Origin: Eledone cirrhosa
Taxonomy: Eukaryota
NCBI GenBank assembly: GCA_964016885.1
Contig: OZ024746.1
Location: 82,150,001 to 82,214,000, forward strand
Length of the DNA: 64,000 nt
Reading direction: 5' to 3'
Part shown: positions 40,651 through 55,302 of the stretch, piece after piece
Layout of the letters: the number at the start of each line of letters is the position of its first letter
How positions within the stretch are numbered: position 1 is the stretch's first letter
Program-made: the position numbers and the translations under genes
Notes under the pieces: model-generated
The model's input: only the letters and a program-made list of their open reading frames with translations
What the model was told of the DNA's origin: nothing
Databases searched by the model: none

Positions 40651-43289
40651 AGGAATCAACTTAATCAAGAAAATGGTGTTGGAATAATAAAGATATTTTT
40701 ATCTAATTAAATATATTATTTTCCGAAAAAATATGTTTTAAAATTCTTCGAGGAAATTCTCTGTAGAAAATACTCTTTGACATAATAAGTGTTGAATCAA
40801 TATCCTTGAACGAAAGTATTAAATGCATTTACCTATACAAACTATAATCGTTATAAAATACCGAAATGATTACCAATGGGCATGTTTTTAATAGAAAGAG
40901 TTCAAGTAACATATAATCAGTTATGTATTTTACAGTCCCATTAAAATATAACATTAACCTGAGGTTCATTAATCTTTTGACATTTTGAAGTTGCTTTTTA
41001 TTGCCATAATTAATTTTGAACGAGTGAAATATTGTGAGTACTCAGCAATATCTTTTCATTTTCGTTGTTCAACAGTCACCTCAAAGGCTTTATAAAAACA
41101 GCCAATTCAATGAGTTCACTATGACTACATTTCTGCTCGAGTTAAAGGAAGCTGGAATACGAATATAAATTAATTGGTTTCAGCATCGATAAAATTATTT
41201 TTCGATAGCACAAGTTTTTCTCTTCCTTTATAAAGAGTAGCTCTCACATACGAACCATTGAATGAAACATGACCGATCAAAAAATCTTTTCAACTTGTTT
41301 AAACAGATATCCTGCCCCAGCTTTTCTTCTAGCAGAGTATTTCATTCTATTTATCATGTAATTAATTATTAGTACATGCCTATTACCGGGTTCTGACACC
41401 AATATCAGATATTAATTTTAAAACAAAAACATTTCCTTGACTGCAATGTTGATACGCAGTCGCTCGATCTGCTTGAAATAGCAACTAAATTTTCCTCAAA
41501 CTTCATCTTATTCTCTTAAAAAAAAAAAGAAAGGTCACATTAGATGATGAAGAAACAATGCGGGATGGTTACGACTGGAATTCCTTTGATCATAAGTTTA
41601 CACGATCATTGCTAACTTGCTCTTATGCAGCAATAATAAAACCAATGTAATTTTCAAATGCTTAATGCATTTCTGATACATGCATCATAAGTAAATCGCT
41701 TGACTTAAAGTTATTAGATAGATATATAATCCATACATTAATAAAGCAAGTCGATACTAGAAGCATCCCTGTACTCTAATCCTACTGGAAATTTTGAATG
41801 AATTAATCGTTGCTATTAATATAGCAGAAGTCCTCCAACCATGAGTATCCCCTCCTTTACTCAGGCATTGTATATCTAGGATGACATTATCCAATGTGTC
41901 GTTCCCTTTTTTAGGAGAGTAGGATTTAATTTGAGGAATGTTTGACTGCTATTTCTTGTAGATCAAGCAACCACGTAGAGGCTCCTCCCTGATGAGTTAT
42001 TCTACTGATTGATCTCTATACTTCTCACAATGAGCACCGTATTTTGTTTTAATGTACTTTACAAAAGAAGGCGGCGACTTGGCTGAGTCGTTAGGGTGTC
42101 GAATTAAAAACACCTCGGTATCTATACTGGATTTGTGCGCTCTGAGTTCAAATCCCCCACCGAGGACAACTTTGCCTTTCATCCTTTCGGGTGGAAGAAA
42201 TAGACTGTGGGTAGAGATGTGCTTCACCACGTTTAAAATGAACAAAACAAGCCATATGTCAGGACGGCGCCCCCGCGACTCCATCAGCAGTAAAAGACCC
42301 TAAAGTGTCTATGAGAAAGCATCTGAAACGCTTTCTTTCACTCTTTTTTGGGGGTGGAGGGTTGATTTGATTTCAAATTATACTGACGCTAAGTCTACAT
42401 TTTATATTTCTCGAACCAATTAAATAAGTGCCAGTTATACTCTGGATATCGATTAAATAGATTAAAAATACAAATTTCAAAATTAATACCAAAATCTTTA
42501 CTAATTGCTTATAGATATATTTGTTAAGTTTATCCATTCTTTTTAGCATTGGCATAAGGCAAACAATTTGTAGGATGAAAAATGTCGATTATATTTACCC
42601 GTGATTAACTAGTACTTTGTTTTATCGATGCCGAAAGGATAAAACAGAGAGTTGACCTTGAGGGGATTTGAACTCAGAACGTAAAAAGTCGTAACTAAAT
42701 ACCGTGACGCTCTACTGATACTGTTAACCCACTGCTCCTTGTTAAGTTTATCAATAAGATCTGACTACTTTCATATCAGCAAACCAACTATTATTTTAAA
42801 GACAAAAACTCTTTACAATGATTTCTGACCTCAAGACACCAGATTTCAGAGGTGGAGAACAATCAATTAGATCAACTGCCGTAGGTACTTGACGGCTAGT
42901 TATTTTATCTATCATAGAAGAATTGAAAGGCAAAGTCCATCCATAACGAGACATTGAACTCATGATGTAAGAAGACAACAAAATACAGCAAGATATTTTG
43001 TTTGCTTCTCTTCGAATTCCACTGCCTTGCTAATTCTCTTCATATTAAAGCCTTTATATTGATTTGGTCGTCTCGTGTTATGCTGAAGGCATTAAAATGC
43101 TTTTAAAGTTGTTCTAGACCATGTGAGTACAATAGGAGCAGATATTCAACATCAGACTACACAGCGAGAAATAACAGCAACTAATCTGACTTCTACCATA
43201 ACTTCACCAACCGCATTTGGCACGAGTGTTTGTAGCAGATGATGGGGGTCTACAATTTCAACAGTAACCTCATCCAAGTAATCCAAGCA

Positions 43290-44150
43290 CTGTATGAAAA
43301 CTCAAACAGTGCAGTTCTCCTGAATAAAACCAGACAATAGTTGGAGTTCGGCAGGGATGTCTCCTCTCTCCAATGTTTTTCAACATCTTCCGGAAGAACA
43401 TCATACAAAAGACTAAAAGGGACCTCCACACTTCCATGAACTTTGCTGATGATATAGACCTGCGAGGAGGGAACGAAGAAGAACTCCAGGAATTCACCAC
43501 TAGACTGTAAAAAGTGTCAGGGGTATACGGAATTAAAAACAACTGAGAAACGATCAAGATTCTGGTTTACAGCCATAACCAGAACTCATCAACCAACATA
43601 ATGCTGAACGGACGAAAACTTCAAGTACCTGAGGATCCACTTTGAACCAGGTCGGCAGTTCGTTAAAATAAAATAACGACAAGACTGGACCTCGCCTCTT
43701 CTTCCTATACGTCACATGGAAAAAGCATTTCCATCAGTTTTCTAACAAGGCGTAAATTCTACAAGTCTCTAATGACTTCAATCCTTCTGTGTGGCTATGA
43801 GAATTGGACTCCTACCATCGACGTACAATGAAGAATCTTGGGGTATGAACACGAGTCATTCAGAAGGCTGCTACACATCCGTACATAGAACACAAGACAA
43901 ATACCTTTGTCACTTTGTCAGGCAGCAAGTCAGCAAATATGCTGGCAGGCAAAAATCCCTGTTTTCGATTGTAAAACTAGGGAAGCTCACCGGGTACGGG
44001 AACATATCCCGCTATGACTCCATGTCTAAAACTAACCTTCAGTGCACGGTTAAAGGAGAGCGACGAAGAAGCAGGCAAAGACAATCATAGATTGACAACA
44101 TAAAGAACTGATCAGGTCGCAACACTTCGACCTTTCTGTACCTGACAGGA
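43290..44150 (+). pseudogene. RTE-clade LINE RT remnant
   Basis: VGVRQGCLLSPMFFNIF, FADDIDL, LCGYENWT, G.RRR.RQRQ. Confidence 0.88.
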
Positions 44151-46393
44151 GCTTTGATTGACTGGTTGATTGATAAAGGTGTTCCTTCAGCTGATTTATT
44201 CAAAACCATATTCAGTAAAATTGTTTTTAAACCATAACTTCTAAAATCAATTAAACACTTGTCGTTCATTGACATTTCAAATATTCATAGTTGTTAAATT
44301 CTTTCAAAGCGCTAAGTACTTTTTCCTCTCTTTTTTGTTCAAGTTAAACATTTGTCGTAGATTTTAAACATTGGAAGATGTTTAAACATTTAAACACATT
44401 ATTAACCTGATGATTTATTTCTACGTAAAATATGCCATTATCGAATCATTTTAAATTCATCATTGAATTTGAATAATTCAAATTTTCTCTTTGATTGATC
44501 ATTATACCTGTTTAATTTACGAATTATTGCTAATTTAATTACATTCCAATAAATACACATGGAAATGATTTGAAATTTAAATGCGGTTACGAAGAGACAC
44601 CACTTTCTGTTATATACTCCAGAGAGAATCACTGTCGTATCTACTTAGCAAATCGCTTAATTATACATTTTCAGATTATCTAGCTGAGTACACATAACAG
44701 ACTTTATTTACGGTAGCCCAACGTGGAAGATTTATTATCTAATGTAATTAATTCTATTAATCAGTTATTTCGCTTACATATATATAATCTATGTATTCTT
44801 GTGCATGTATATATAAGTACGTACGTATTTATGTATGTATGTATGTATGTATAGAGAGATAGAGAGATATATAGATAGATATGATGGCTGTCGACTAACT
44901 ATCAAGCATTTTTCACCCTCCCTCTGCCACTCTGAGTTCAAATCCCACAGAGGTCAACTTTACCATTGATCCTTTCAAAGTCCATATATTGCATTAATTT
45001 CGTTTATATTATTGTATTTAACATAATTTATATAAACTAAATAATATAAAAGATGTTATGTTAATTTAGAATTAAAACTGATGGAGGATGGGATATATAA
45101 GATTGTTGTTTGGTGCTTAGTAAAATAAAAATGTAAATATACAGTGTGATTATAAAGTGACGTGATTATTTAATAGTAACTGTAAAATGTTTATTAAAAT
45201 TAAATATAAATAATTGGCATATTTTATTTTGCATATATATTTAGCAAAGCCTCGTTTTGTCAAAGATAGTCACATGAAGATTGTGAAGTTCTACTACAGA
45301 AGCAACTGATGTGTAACTGCTTCTTTGCAAGATGGAACGAAACATTCGCAATGATCCTTTTTTTACTTTTAACGATAACGAGGAATATGAAGACTTTCAA
45401 AGAGGTTTTGTGCTGGACCAATATCAGGAAAACCATCGTTATCTGAAAAAGCAATTCAAAAAGTCAAGGATGAAGTTAAAGAAAAGTAAGCTGTAAGTGT
45501 ATACAGCACTTCCAATTGTCGTATCTTGCTCGTCATCTTGGTATGACACACCTGACTGGAAAATCACCTTAAAATGAAACCAGTAAAGTACAGGGGGTCG
45601 ATATAATCGACTTACCTTCCTCACAAATTGCTAGCCTTGAGCCTAACTTAGAAATCATTATTCATTAGTTTGATGCTATAGGCTGTGTAACGTTTTTAAG
45701 TGCCACATTCACGTAAAATACCTGAGTCAATTGTTGACATTAGTAGAAGCCATATGGAACATGTTCTGTAAAGTTTACTTCATTAACATAAATGCTAAAT
45801 TGTATAAAATATATTTTATTGAAAATACTATGTTCGGTTAATTGGAATGTTGCGTTAATTTGTGTACAACAAAAAACGATGATGGTTTTCTGTCTAGAAT
45901 AAGATATAATGGATGTTTGAGAACAAAAGATAAGCTTAAAGGGGTAATTAAATCTGTTACTAATGATACATCTATTTTATTTTGACCTGGAAAGGAATGG
46001 GCTTAACCGGGTTTATTATGAGTGTCAGAACGATGCCACTACGACTTCATCAGGTGTTAAAAATCCTTTACGTTTTCTTTCTTTTTAATTTTACTTTCAT
46101 TTGTAACTAACGTGTTTCCTCTCAAGACGAAAACTAAGTTACCAGGGCTGAATAATTTCATTACTACTTATGAAAATGGTCGTTTCTGGTGATGACCACG
46201 GATTGTTGAAGCAATTTTAAAATGAAAATAAGATACGAGCGTTTGCCTATCGGATTTAATTTGTGTGAATCTAAGTATCTAATTATACAACCATTTAATG
46301 ATTGGATCGACCGATACTTAAAATGACAAAATGACCTGGATAGCAATGTAATTATATATATATGAGTGTGTGTAAATACTTTAATGTTTGGTG

Positions 46394-46472
<79 letters not shown>

Positions 46473-46829
46473 TCTATACATAAGTTCATGCATCTACATG
46501 TTAAAACATTTTTTTTAAATGCAGGAGGGGGGGGGGGGCATGGCCTCGCCCAGTAATTATATTTTCCTCCCCAAATTACCAAAACACACATATATTTATA
46601 TATGCGCTGCAGTTTATGTACATGTTATGTTTATCGCATATCGAAGTTTTTTTATATCTTGGTTGATATTTGATAATAACAGCTAAACTAATCGTTATAA
46701 CTAAATTGACCAAATTTGCCCACCACTCTTCAGAAATGCTTCCACCGCCCCTGTAATGACATACGGAACTTTGAAACAATCATGTTAAATTATGCATCTT
46801 TCATCAGACACATCAAATTGACCCCTAAA

Positions 46830-47500
46830 CGCAGACACCTCATAGGATGGATCCCATGAACATTCGTAAGAAGAGAATCAGTAGCTATGCCGAATTTATG
46901 GAAAACCTTAGTTCTGAACAGATTAGATTACTGCTCACAACTTTGGTCTCTAAACGCATCCGGTCCCATTGAAGAATTGGAAGGGTTACAGGGAACATTC
47001 ACAAGGAAAATAATTTCGGTCAAAAGCCTTAATTACTGGAAACGTCTGAAAGCTCTGCTTCTCTACTGACTTGAACGACGAAGTAAGAGAGATTATATTC
47101 TGATATATACGTATGGAAGATCCTGGAGAGTCATGTTCCAAACTTTATTAAACGGCATTAAATGCGGAACTGGTAGATACTACCAGCTTCCAAATATACC
47201 ATCTTCGAAATCACGAGCAAAAACATTATTGTACGAGTCTAGTATTTAGACGTCCTCGCATTTAATAAAGAAATCAGAAATGTAAAAACACCTCTTTTAA
47301 AACATTCAAAACAACATTGGATGAACTCCTAACCACGGTACCGAATCAACTAACTATTCAAGAATAATTTCAAGGAAGATCACCCGCTACAAACTCAATT
47401 GTATCAACTTCCTGCCATAAAACTACAAAACTGAAAGAAAATAAATTAAGGTGGTGCTCCAGAGTGGCCACAATCCAACGCCTGAAACTATTAAAAGAAT
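46830..47500 (+). pseudogene. CR1/L2-group LINE 3' remnant
   Basis: LWKTLVLNRLDYCSQLWS..LEGLQGTFTRKI..LNYWKRLKAL; 3' tail ggtggtgctccagagtggcc...ctgaaac. Confidence 0.8.
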
Positions 47501-47671
47501 ATACTTATACATATTTGTATTGGATGTCTCGTGTTAGAAAAAACAACGTTTTATCAAAATTCCTCGCGGTGAATATTGGGTGTCCAACATATATACATAG
47601 TTTATACTTTAAATATACTCTCCTGTATACATATCCTTAGGATATATACTTTAAAATATATAGATGTCGAG

Positions 47672-47714
<43 letters not shown>

Positions 47715-48309
47715 TATATATAAATATAAATATTACATTTTAACACTATCTTTAATACGCTACACTTCATAGATAAAGATCAATTGATTTCCACCTTTGA
47801 AAACAAGAAGCACTAAACGAAACATTTTGTTTACTTTGAACTTTCCTTTGGCCATTCTATTTATAGATTCGTCTAGATTCGCAATTTATGTGAAGGTAAT
47901 CAATCCTCTTGCTTTTTCTCTTCTGATTTTTTTCTTCTCTCTCTTTTTCTCTTTCTTTCTCTGGCATCTCACCTTCTCTGTTTCTATCCCACTGTCTTTC
48001 TCTCTTTTCTTCCTTGTCTCCCTCTCTTAGTCTTCTTTCTCTCTCTCTCTCTCTCTCTCTGTATATATATATATATGTATGTATCTTTCTCTGGAAGAAA
48101 TCATCTGTTCCGACTTAGCTTGTTTCTGTGATGCCTTGCTTCCCAACATACCAAACTTGATCTACTACATTCACACCATACTTGTCACAGTCGTATAACC
48201 TAATTCTGGTTTTTATATCGTAGAGTCCGCCTCCCCGATTTTTTCTTTTTTATGTGGGCGGTTCAACACGCCACCCGGTTTAACACTAATACCTGGTCAT
48301 AGGGTCTAT

Positions 48310-48480
48310 TTGGACAAGACTCATATGCAGAATGTAGAGTTTAATATTTTAGCCAAGGTTTTGGCAAAGACGTTAACGCTTTGGTTGGAAACGCGCAGAA
48401 TACATTGTAATGGCGGCGCTCTAATCAATTTCGATCAATTCAAAGCTTTCAATAGTGTTGGCCATCAATACTTGCTGCTG
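48310..48480 (+). pseudogene. L1/Tx1-clade RT fragment
   Basis: NVEFNILAKVLAK and GALINFDQFKAFNSVGHQYL (like SLDQEKAFDRV.H.YL). Confidence 0.7.
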
Positions 48481-51400
48481 CCCTCATTAGCTTTACCTTT
48501 CATCCTTATGCGGTCGATAATATAAAGTAACTGTAATGCACCTGTTTCGACTTTCCCCTTCCCTTCCAATTATTACTTCAATATCTCTCATATGTTTCTT
48601 GCGAGTGTTTTAATGTTATGGGTGTAAACTGTTGTATTAGTGGAGTTGTTGTTTAGTCCCAAGTGAGCTCTGAAAGTAAATTGTTGTATTCGTGGGGGTA
48701 CTGACCTATAATCAAAGACATTCCAGCTAAGTCTACTCCTCTCTTTTTCAGTGTGGAAGACTACATTATTCAATGTTGAATTGCTTTTTAAGACGGTGGT
48801 ATTATCACCTGAGAGAAATTGAACTATTTCTATCTTGTTGGTGGTGATGATGGTGGTGATGATGAGCGTGTACAAACAATTATTTTTTAAATTATCGTTT
48901 AGCTTTAGGGAATGAAAAATTATATCATATGAAATCTTAACAGGTAGCATCAAGATGAAATGTTAACAACATGTGCTAAAATAATGCTTTCTTTGACATA
49001 TTGATTTTTAAATTTTTAATTGGCAAAGTAACTACAGTGATGATGAGCAGTAAGAAGTGTGTGAAGTGGTTTCTTTTCCCACTTGAGTCATTTCACTAAT
49101 CCCAATTCACGTATTTTCTCTATCTGATGATTACTTCTCAGGATGACGCAACATTGTTAAGCAGTTTACTTCGCAATCATTAGGTCCTGGGTTCGATCCC
49201 ACTGCGTGGCATCATCGTCAAACGTCATTTACCATAGCATCCAGTCGACCCATCCCTTATGGGTACACGAAAACATTTTAGATCCATGCATATGATAAAG
49301 AAGTTTCCTTCAACTGGTTCCAATTTCGATCCTATTGCGTGACGCCTTGGGCAAGAGCATTTACGAAAGTCTCGGCTCGATCTAAATCATATAAATAAAT
49401 CAGAGTAGACTAAAAGTATACGGAAGTTTGAAAGATAAACTATTCCAGTAATTGATTGGTAGATTTAAACCATCTTGTTTAGCACTCTGCCTTTAGCAAG
49501 TCTCCGGTTGGAAGATAGTTCGATATCTTGATGCTCGTCTTCCTATGGCATGAGCCATGGTTTCTTCCTCCTCACCAATCTTTGGTGTTTTGCAAAAGTC
49601 ATAGGCACAACCCTTTCTCTTCTAACTATGCCATTAAAAATTCCCCTGCTCTTTCAGATATGATAAGGGAAATATATTATTTGAAATAAAGCTGTACAGA
49701 CTTGCCTGTACTCCTCTATCGCTAAAATAATACTGAGATGATAAGAATTCAAATTTAATATAAGCTCTACTATGAAACAAAAAGATTTATTTTTTACAAA
49801 CGAATAATACTGTTTATTATGAAATGGACAACGACAACAACCCCGGAGGCAGCATATATATACATGTTTCTACAAGAATGAAAGGAAAAATAGTAATGGC
49901 TAAAATATATATTTATTTATTAAGACCAAGTTTAATTCTTGATATTCTGAAGTTTTTCCTATGTACTCACATGGTCAATAAACATATAATTCTATATATG
50001 ATGACGAGGTGGTGTAGTCGTATTTACCCCTAAAAAGACGGGATGGTCACGGACAGAAACGCGTGATCATACGACTTCCCGGGGCTAAATAACATACAGA
50101 TAAACAGACGACCTGCGGCTAAGTAACATACATACTGACAGACAGGCAAATATGTATGTACACACACAAGTATACATGCGTGTACATACATATGCTCAAC
50201 TAATAACTAATTGTTTATAATTGTTGATTACAATTATTAAAGTTGTTTATATAATTGCTTCACTTGTATATTGATTTATATTTTAAAATATCAATATACT
50301 AAAATTAATTTGCCTGTCTAGTTGCATTTAAATATTCAAATAAGGTCTTGTTTAGAATAATTATGAAACGGTCGATAGGAAAAAATCACTAAAACGTCTG
50401 ACAAATTTTTCGCAGTAATTGTTCTTTTTCTGTGGAAATCCCGCCGAGGTCAACTTCCCCATTCATCCCTTAGGGTCGATAATAAAGTCGATGGAGCTTC
50501 CATCGATTTCAATGATGAATGTTTCAATTGTTCGATCAACTGACCAGACTGTGTAGGTGGCTGGGCATTCCATAGACACGTATACCCTTATCGTAATTGT
50601 CAGAGAGATTCAGGGTAACACAGTGTGAATTAGAGGTTCAGTCCATCCGACGAGCTTCCAAATAGTTTTTGTCTACCCAATTTCATTCACAAATATGGGT
50701 CGACCCGAAGCTATGGTAAATGACACTTGCTCTAGATACTACGTAGAGGAAATCGAATTCGAAACCTAACGGATGAGAAGCTATACTGCGTTCAAATGTA
50801 TAGCAACTCTCACTTTAAAATCTTATTATGTTCAAAAGAAATGGGTGCATGGTGTTCTTGTACTAGTTTAGTCAAAGGCTGTTCAGACTGAAAATGACAA
50901 TGATCAAAAGCGTTCCATTTATAACCATCCCATTATTTTGTGTCCAGTGTGTGTCGTTCTTCCTTTTCTACTCAGCAAAGTTGGTATAACAGGCGTTGAA
51001 TTGGCAAAGCCATTAGAACAACAGCTAGAATACTTTGCGGTATCCGTTCTGGTTCTCTGCTCATTGAGTTCAAGTCCCGCCAAGGTCAACTTTGCCTCTC
51101 CTCCTTCCGAGGTCGGTAAAAAAAAGTAACATTCTAATACTGGGGTCAAATCTTCTTCTATATCCCTTTCTCACTTCCTTTCTCTCACTTTCTATCCATC
51201 TTTGAAAGAAATCTACTATGTTCAAATCTGGCGAAGAGATGGGTTTTACCAGACGTCAAAATGTCCAAGAAACGCAGTATATCAATATGGCGCTCCTACG
51301 AGTTAGGATAGGGAGTTGCGGGTAAAAGACAAGACAGGGACAAAGAGTGACATGAGGGAAATATAGTGGCTATTTCTAACAGGTCTAACATCTACCTAGA

Positions 51401-53034
51401 GGCTCCTTCATTGACTCCTGTGTATATGAAGCAAATAAAATTAACATAATTTAAGCTCGGTTACTCCTTCGCCCACTTTAATAAAGTACCAATCAAGTAC
51501 TCGGATGAATTCTTATGACTTTCACCCTCTTCTTCATTTTCTCAGAATCAGCCATGCTGCGTTGAGAGAAAACTAGGGATTAGCAACATTTTCTCGTCTA
51601 GCATACTTCAAATAACATCCAAAGATGAAAGGAAGAAAGTAAAGTAAAGTCAATACGGATAGGATTAAAATTCAGTTAAAGAGCAATATAACATAACTTA
51701 ATTACGCAATACATTTAATACTATTCATTCTGCGTTGTATCCACTACCCTTTTATAAACTGTAATAGTTGCCTAATATTGAACTTCCACTATCCATCCTT
51801 AGTTAATGAAGTGTTAAATGCACAAGAATTGTTAGGGATTTTAATGAGATTAAATGAATGCCTCACGAGCATTTAGTCTTTAATTGATTGAAAATTTTCT
51901 AGTGTTACTTTTTAATTTCATTTTGGTGAGTTTTCTATCAGCTCCTAAGTTGTTTCTGTGATTTATTTCGAGTTTCTTGTTTGTTCTGAATTGGCTAAGA
52001 TATCCCAAGCCGTTCATTTCTTTGAATTTTTTAGTTTTCTTTTTTTTTTATTTTTGTATTTTCTCGTTGATTTTTCACGCATAAAATCAAGTCAGTCCTT
52101 TTAATAATAAATGGTTTCTCATTCACTTACAAGAACTGAATAAATTATTCTAGTCCGAATATTGCCAATTTAATTTTACATTTAATCTATAAAGAATCAT
52201 CAAATTCTCTCGTTTATCAAAACCTATGTTTATTAGATCTCTTTTATATCTACTTTAGTGATTTTAATACCCCTTTGTTTAAGCCCTTTTTTGTAGGAAC
52301 CCACAAATGTATGGCGTAAAAGTCGCCGGTAAAACGGAAAGCAATATGGATAAATAACCAAATATTCTGTCGTCGTTCTTGTTTTTATTGTAAAACTAAA
52401 GTGAGTAAAATTAAATAGAAAACCGTATTTTAACGTCTACATTCATGCTTATAAACCGACCGACAGACACACGCATACAGACAAACAGACAGACCGACAA
52501 ACAGACAGGCAGGCTGACACACTGACAAGCATAAAAAATAGATATGTACATTGATAAAAGAGAAAAAAAATCAGTGTATGTGTGAGAGAGGGAGAAACAG
52601 AAGGAGAAACAGTGAGACAAAAATAGAATAAGAGTGGGAGAGAGAATCTGTGTGTGTGTGTGAGAGGGGGGGGGGGGGGGGTAACAAAACAAAATACACA
52701 GATATTTTGATGTCCTATTTTATGCGTTTCTTCTCTCTTCTTTTCACACCCCATTAGAACATTTAGTATTTCTACATCTTTATCTTTTTCATCCTGATTT
52801 ACTTGTAAATACGCTGCTCTTAGATTATTCTGGGATGGATCAGGATTTTTTTAGCTAAATTTTATAACCATTCGGTATGAAATTATTATTATATAGAATT
52901 TAACAATACTCATTGAAATTCCGTGGTTATTTTGAAAACTATAAGATTAATGAGAATACATAATTTCTTTTGAAAATCTATTTTTTTCTGAAGTATTTGA
53001 TTCGAGATATGATGCAAAGTCCACATGGGTATTG

Positions 53035-53299
53035 ATAATTGTTTCTACTTTAGGCACAAGGCCAGCAATTATCCCAGTGCATTACTGGTACTTTATTTCA
53101 TCGACCCCGTAAGGATGAAAGGCAAAGTCAACCTCGGCGGGATTTGAACTTAGATCGTAAAGGGACGTAACTATGCTGGAAAGCATGGCGTCCGCCGCTC
53201 TACCGATACTGCCAATCCGCCGCTCTACCGATACTGCCAATCCGCCGCTCTACCGATACTGCCAATCCGCCGCTCTACCGATACTGCCAATCCGCCGCT
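53035..53299 (-). mobile_element. Young SINE with a 25-bp head segment tandemly repeated ~4x
   Basis: Reverse complement of the 3844-4037 family; unit ccgccgctctaccgatactgccaat at 53192-53299. Confidence 0.85.
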
Positions 53300-54011
53300 A
53301 GTGATAATGGTACACTATTAGGATAGAACATTTTTAAAAAAAACTCTTAAACGCTATTATCTATAATTTTCATCGTTACATCAAGTTTTATAAAGAATTG
53401 CATGCAATTTTCTATCTCTTGAACTTGTTACTGAATGTTAAAATGTTCTACTATATATTCTATTTCACTGCATAGTTAAGCATGTTAATAGCATATCACT
53501 CCAGCATCTGTCGGACAAGCAGAAAAATATTATAGCTATGGATAGCAAGTGTTATGTGTAAAATGTGCAAGTATGAATAGGTAACTAATTAGTTTCAGAG
53601 AAATATATGATTATTCCTACATTTGTCAATTTACGTTCATACAGTGACCAACGTACATTTCTCCAATATTGACGCTGATTAAACAATTTCTTTTCATTCC
53701 TATTCTTTCTGGGGGAGAGGGGGGGGGGGTATATATATATATATATATAGCATTAGTTACACTTCTCTAATAAGAACCACGCAATTATACGTAATCATGG
53801 CTCCTGTTTGTCTGTTTGACACGGTCATTTATATATTGAACTAAAGACAACATTTTCCTGATGCTTCATCACGTTCCATTTTTTCCAAGCAGCAAGTTGT
53901 TGTTGTTTTTGTTGTTTAATTCCATGCCATCTCTGATCGAGCAGACCTACGATTGACGTAACATTTCTGTCTTTTTTCGAATTTGTAGTTAACCAAAGAC
54001 CACATAATCCA

Positions 54012-54061
<50 letters not shown>

Positions 54062-54088
54062 CGAGAACGTAACCTTATTATGCAAGAA

Positions 54089-54163
54089 GCTGTCTGATGA
54101 GATCATGGCACTGGTTCGGAGGAATTGCGTGGCCACTGTCGTCATTGAAATATGTATTACAGC
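54089..54163 (+). ncRNA. Type I hammerhead ribozyme, family F (long stem II)
   Basis: gctgt-CTGATGA-gatcatggcactggtt...ggccactgtcgtcatt-GAAA-tatgta-TT-acagc between (TA)n and (TG)n. Confidence 0.75.
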
Positions 54164-54228
54164 CTTATCAATAAAGGACTTTAACATCTGAAACTACTTT
54201 ACTCATTTTCTTATTCTATATGTATGTA

Positions 54229-54349
<121 letters not shown>

Positions 54350-54485
54350 TCTGTCTTTTTCGAATTTGTAGTTAACTCAAGATCACATTGTAGTTAACCC
54401 ATGACCACCCCTCCGAAGTAAGGCCTTCTCTATTGAGACCACCGGGGCCGCGGGGCAGCCAGCGCGTGGGCCCCCATTTGCTCAT

Positions 54486-54672
54486 AATAATTGTTTCTAC
54501 TTTTGGAACAAGGCCAGCAATTAACCCAGTGTATTACTGGTACTTTATTTTATCGACCCCGTAAGGGTGAAAGGTAAAGTTAACCTCGGCGGGATTTCAA
54601 CCCAGACCATAAAGGGCCGTAACTCTTAGCTGCAAAGCATGGCGTCAGACCCTCTACCGATACTGCCAATCC
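54486..54672 (-). mobile_element. Young SINE
   Basis: Reverse complement of the 3844-4037 family. Confidence 0.85.
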
Positions 54673-55095
54673 AAAGATGGGCAGAGCAGGAGAGACTAAG
54701 GTGGTGACAATGGGAGTTTGGTTCCTCTGACGTTCGAACCTGGTGTACATGTGTGTGTGACTGATTTATTTGACTAATATCTTTGTAGTTGCATGAGTTC
54801 AAATGTAACAACAGCTAATACAGTTTATATATAGCTAAACTATAGCTAAACGATAAAAAGAATTATCACGGTTTCACCTGCCTTGTACATTATACGCTGA
54901 AAATACCTTGCTTCTAATCATTTAAAATCGTATTCTACCTCCATATCATACAGAAGCTTTATTTTTTTTAAGCATTAGCTCGATTGGTAGACTAAAAATG
55001 CCTTTCACGAATCTTCTAATTACCTAACATATTTTCTTATCATTTTGTATATTCAGTAATAATATACATGTCTACATTTACTTTAGGAATACAGG

Positions 55096-55227
<132 letters not shown>

Positions 55228-55234
55228 CACACAC

Positions 55235-55302
<68 letters not shown>

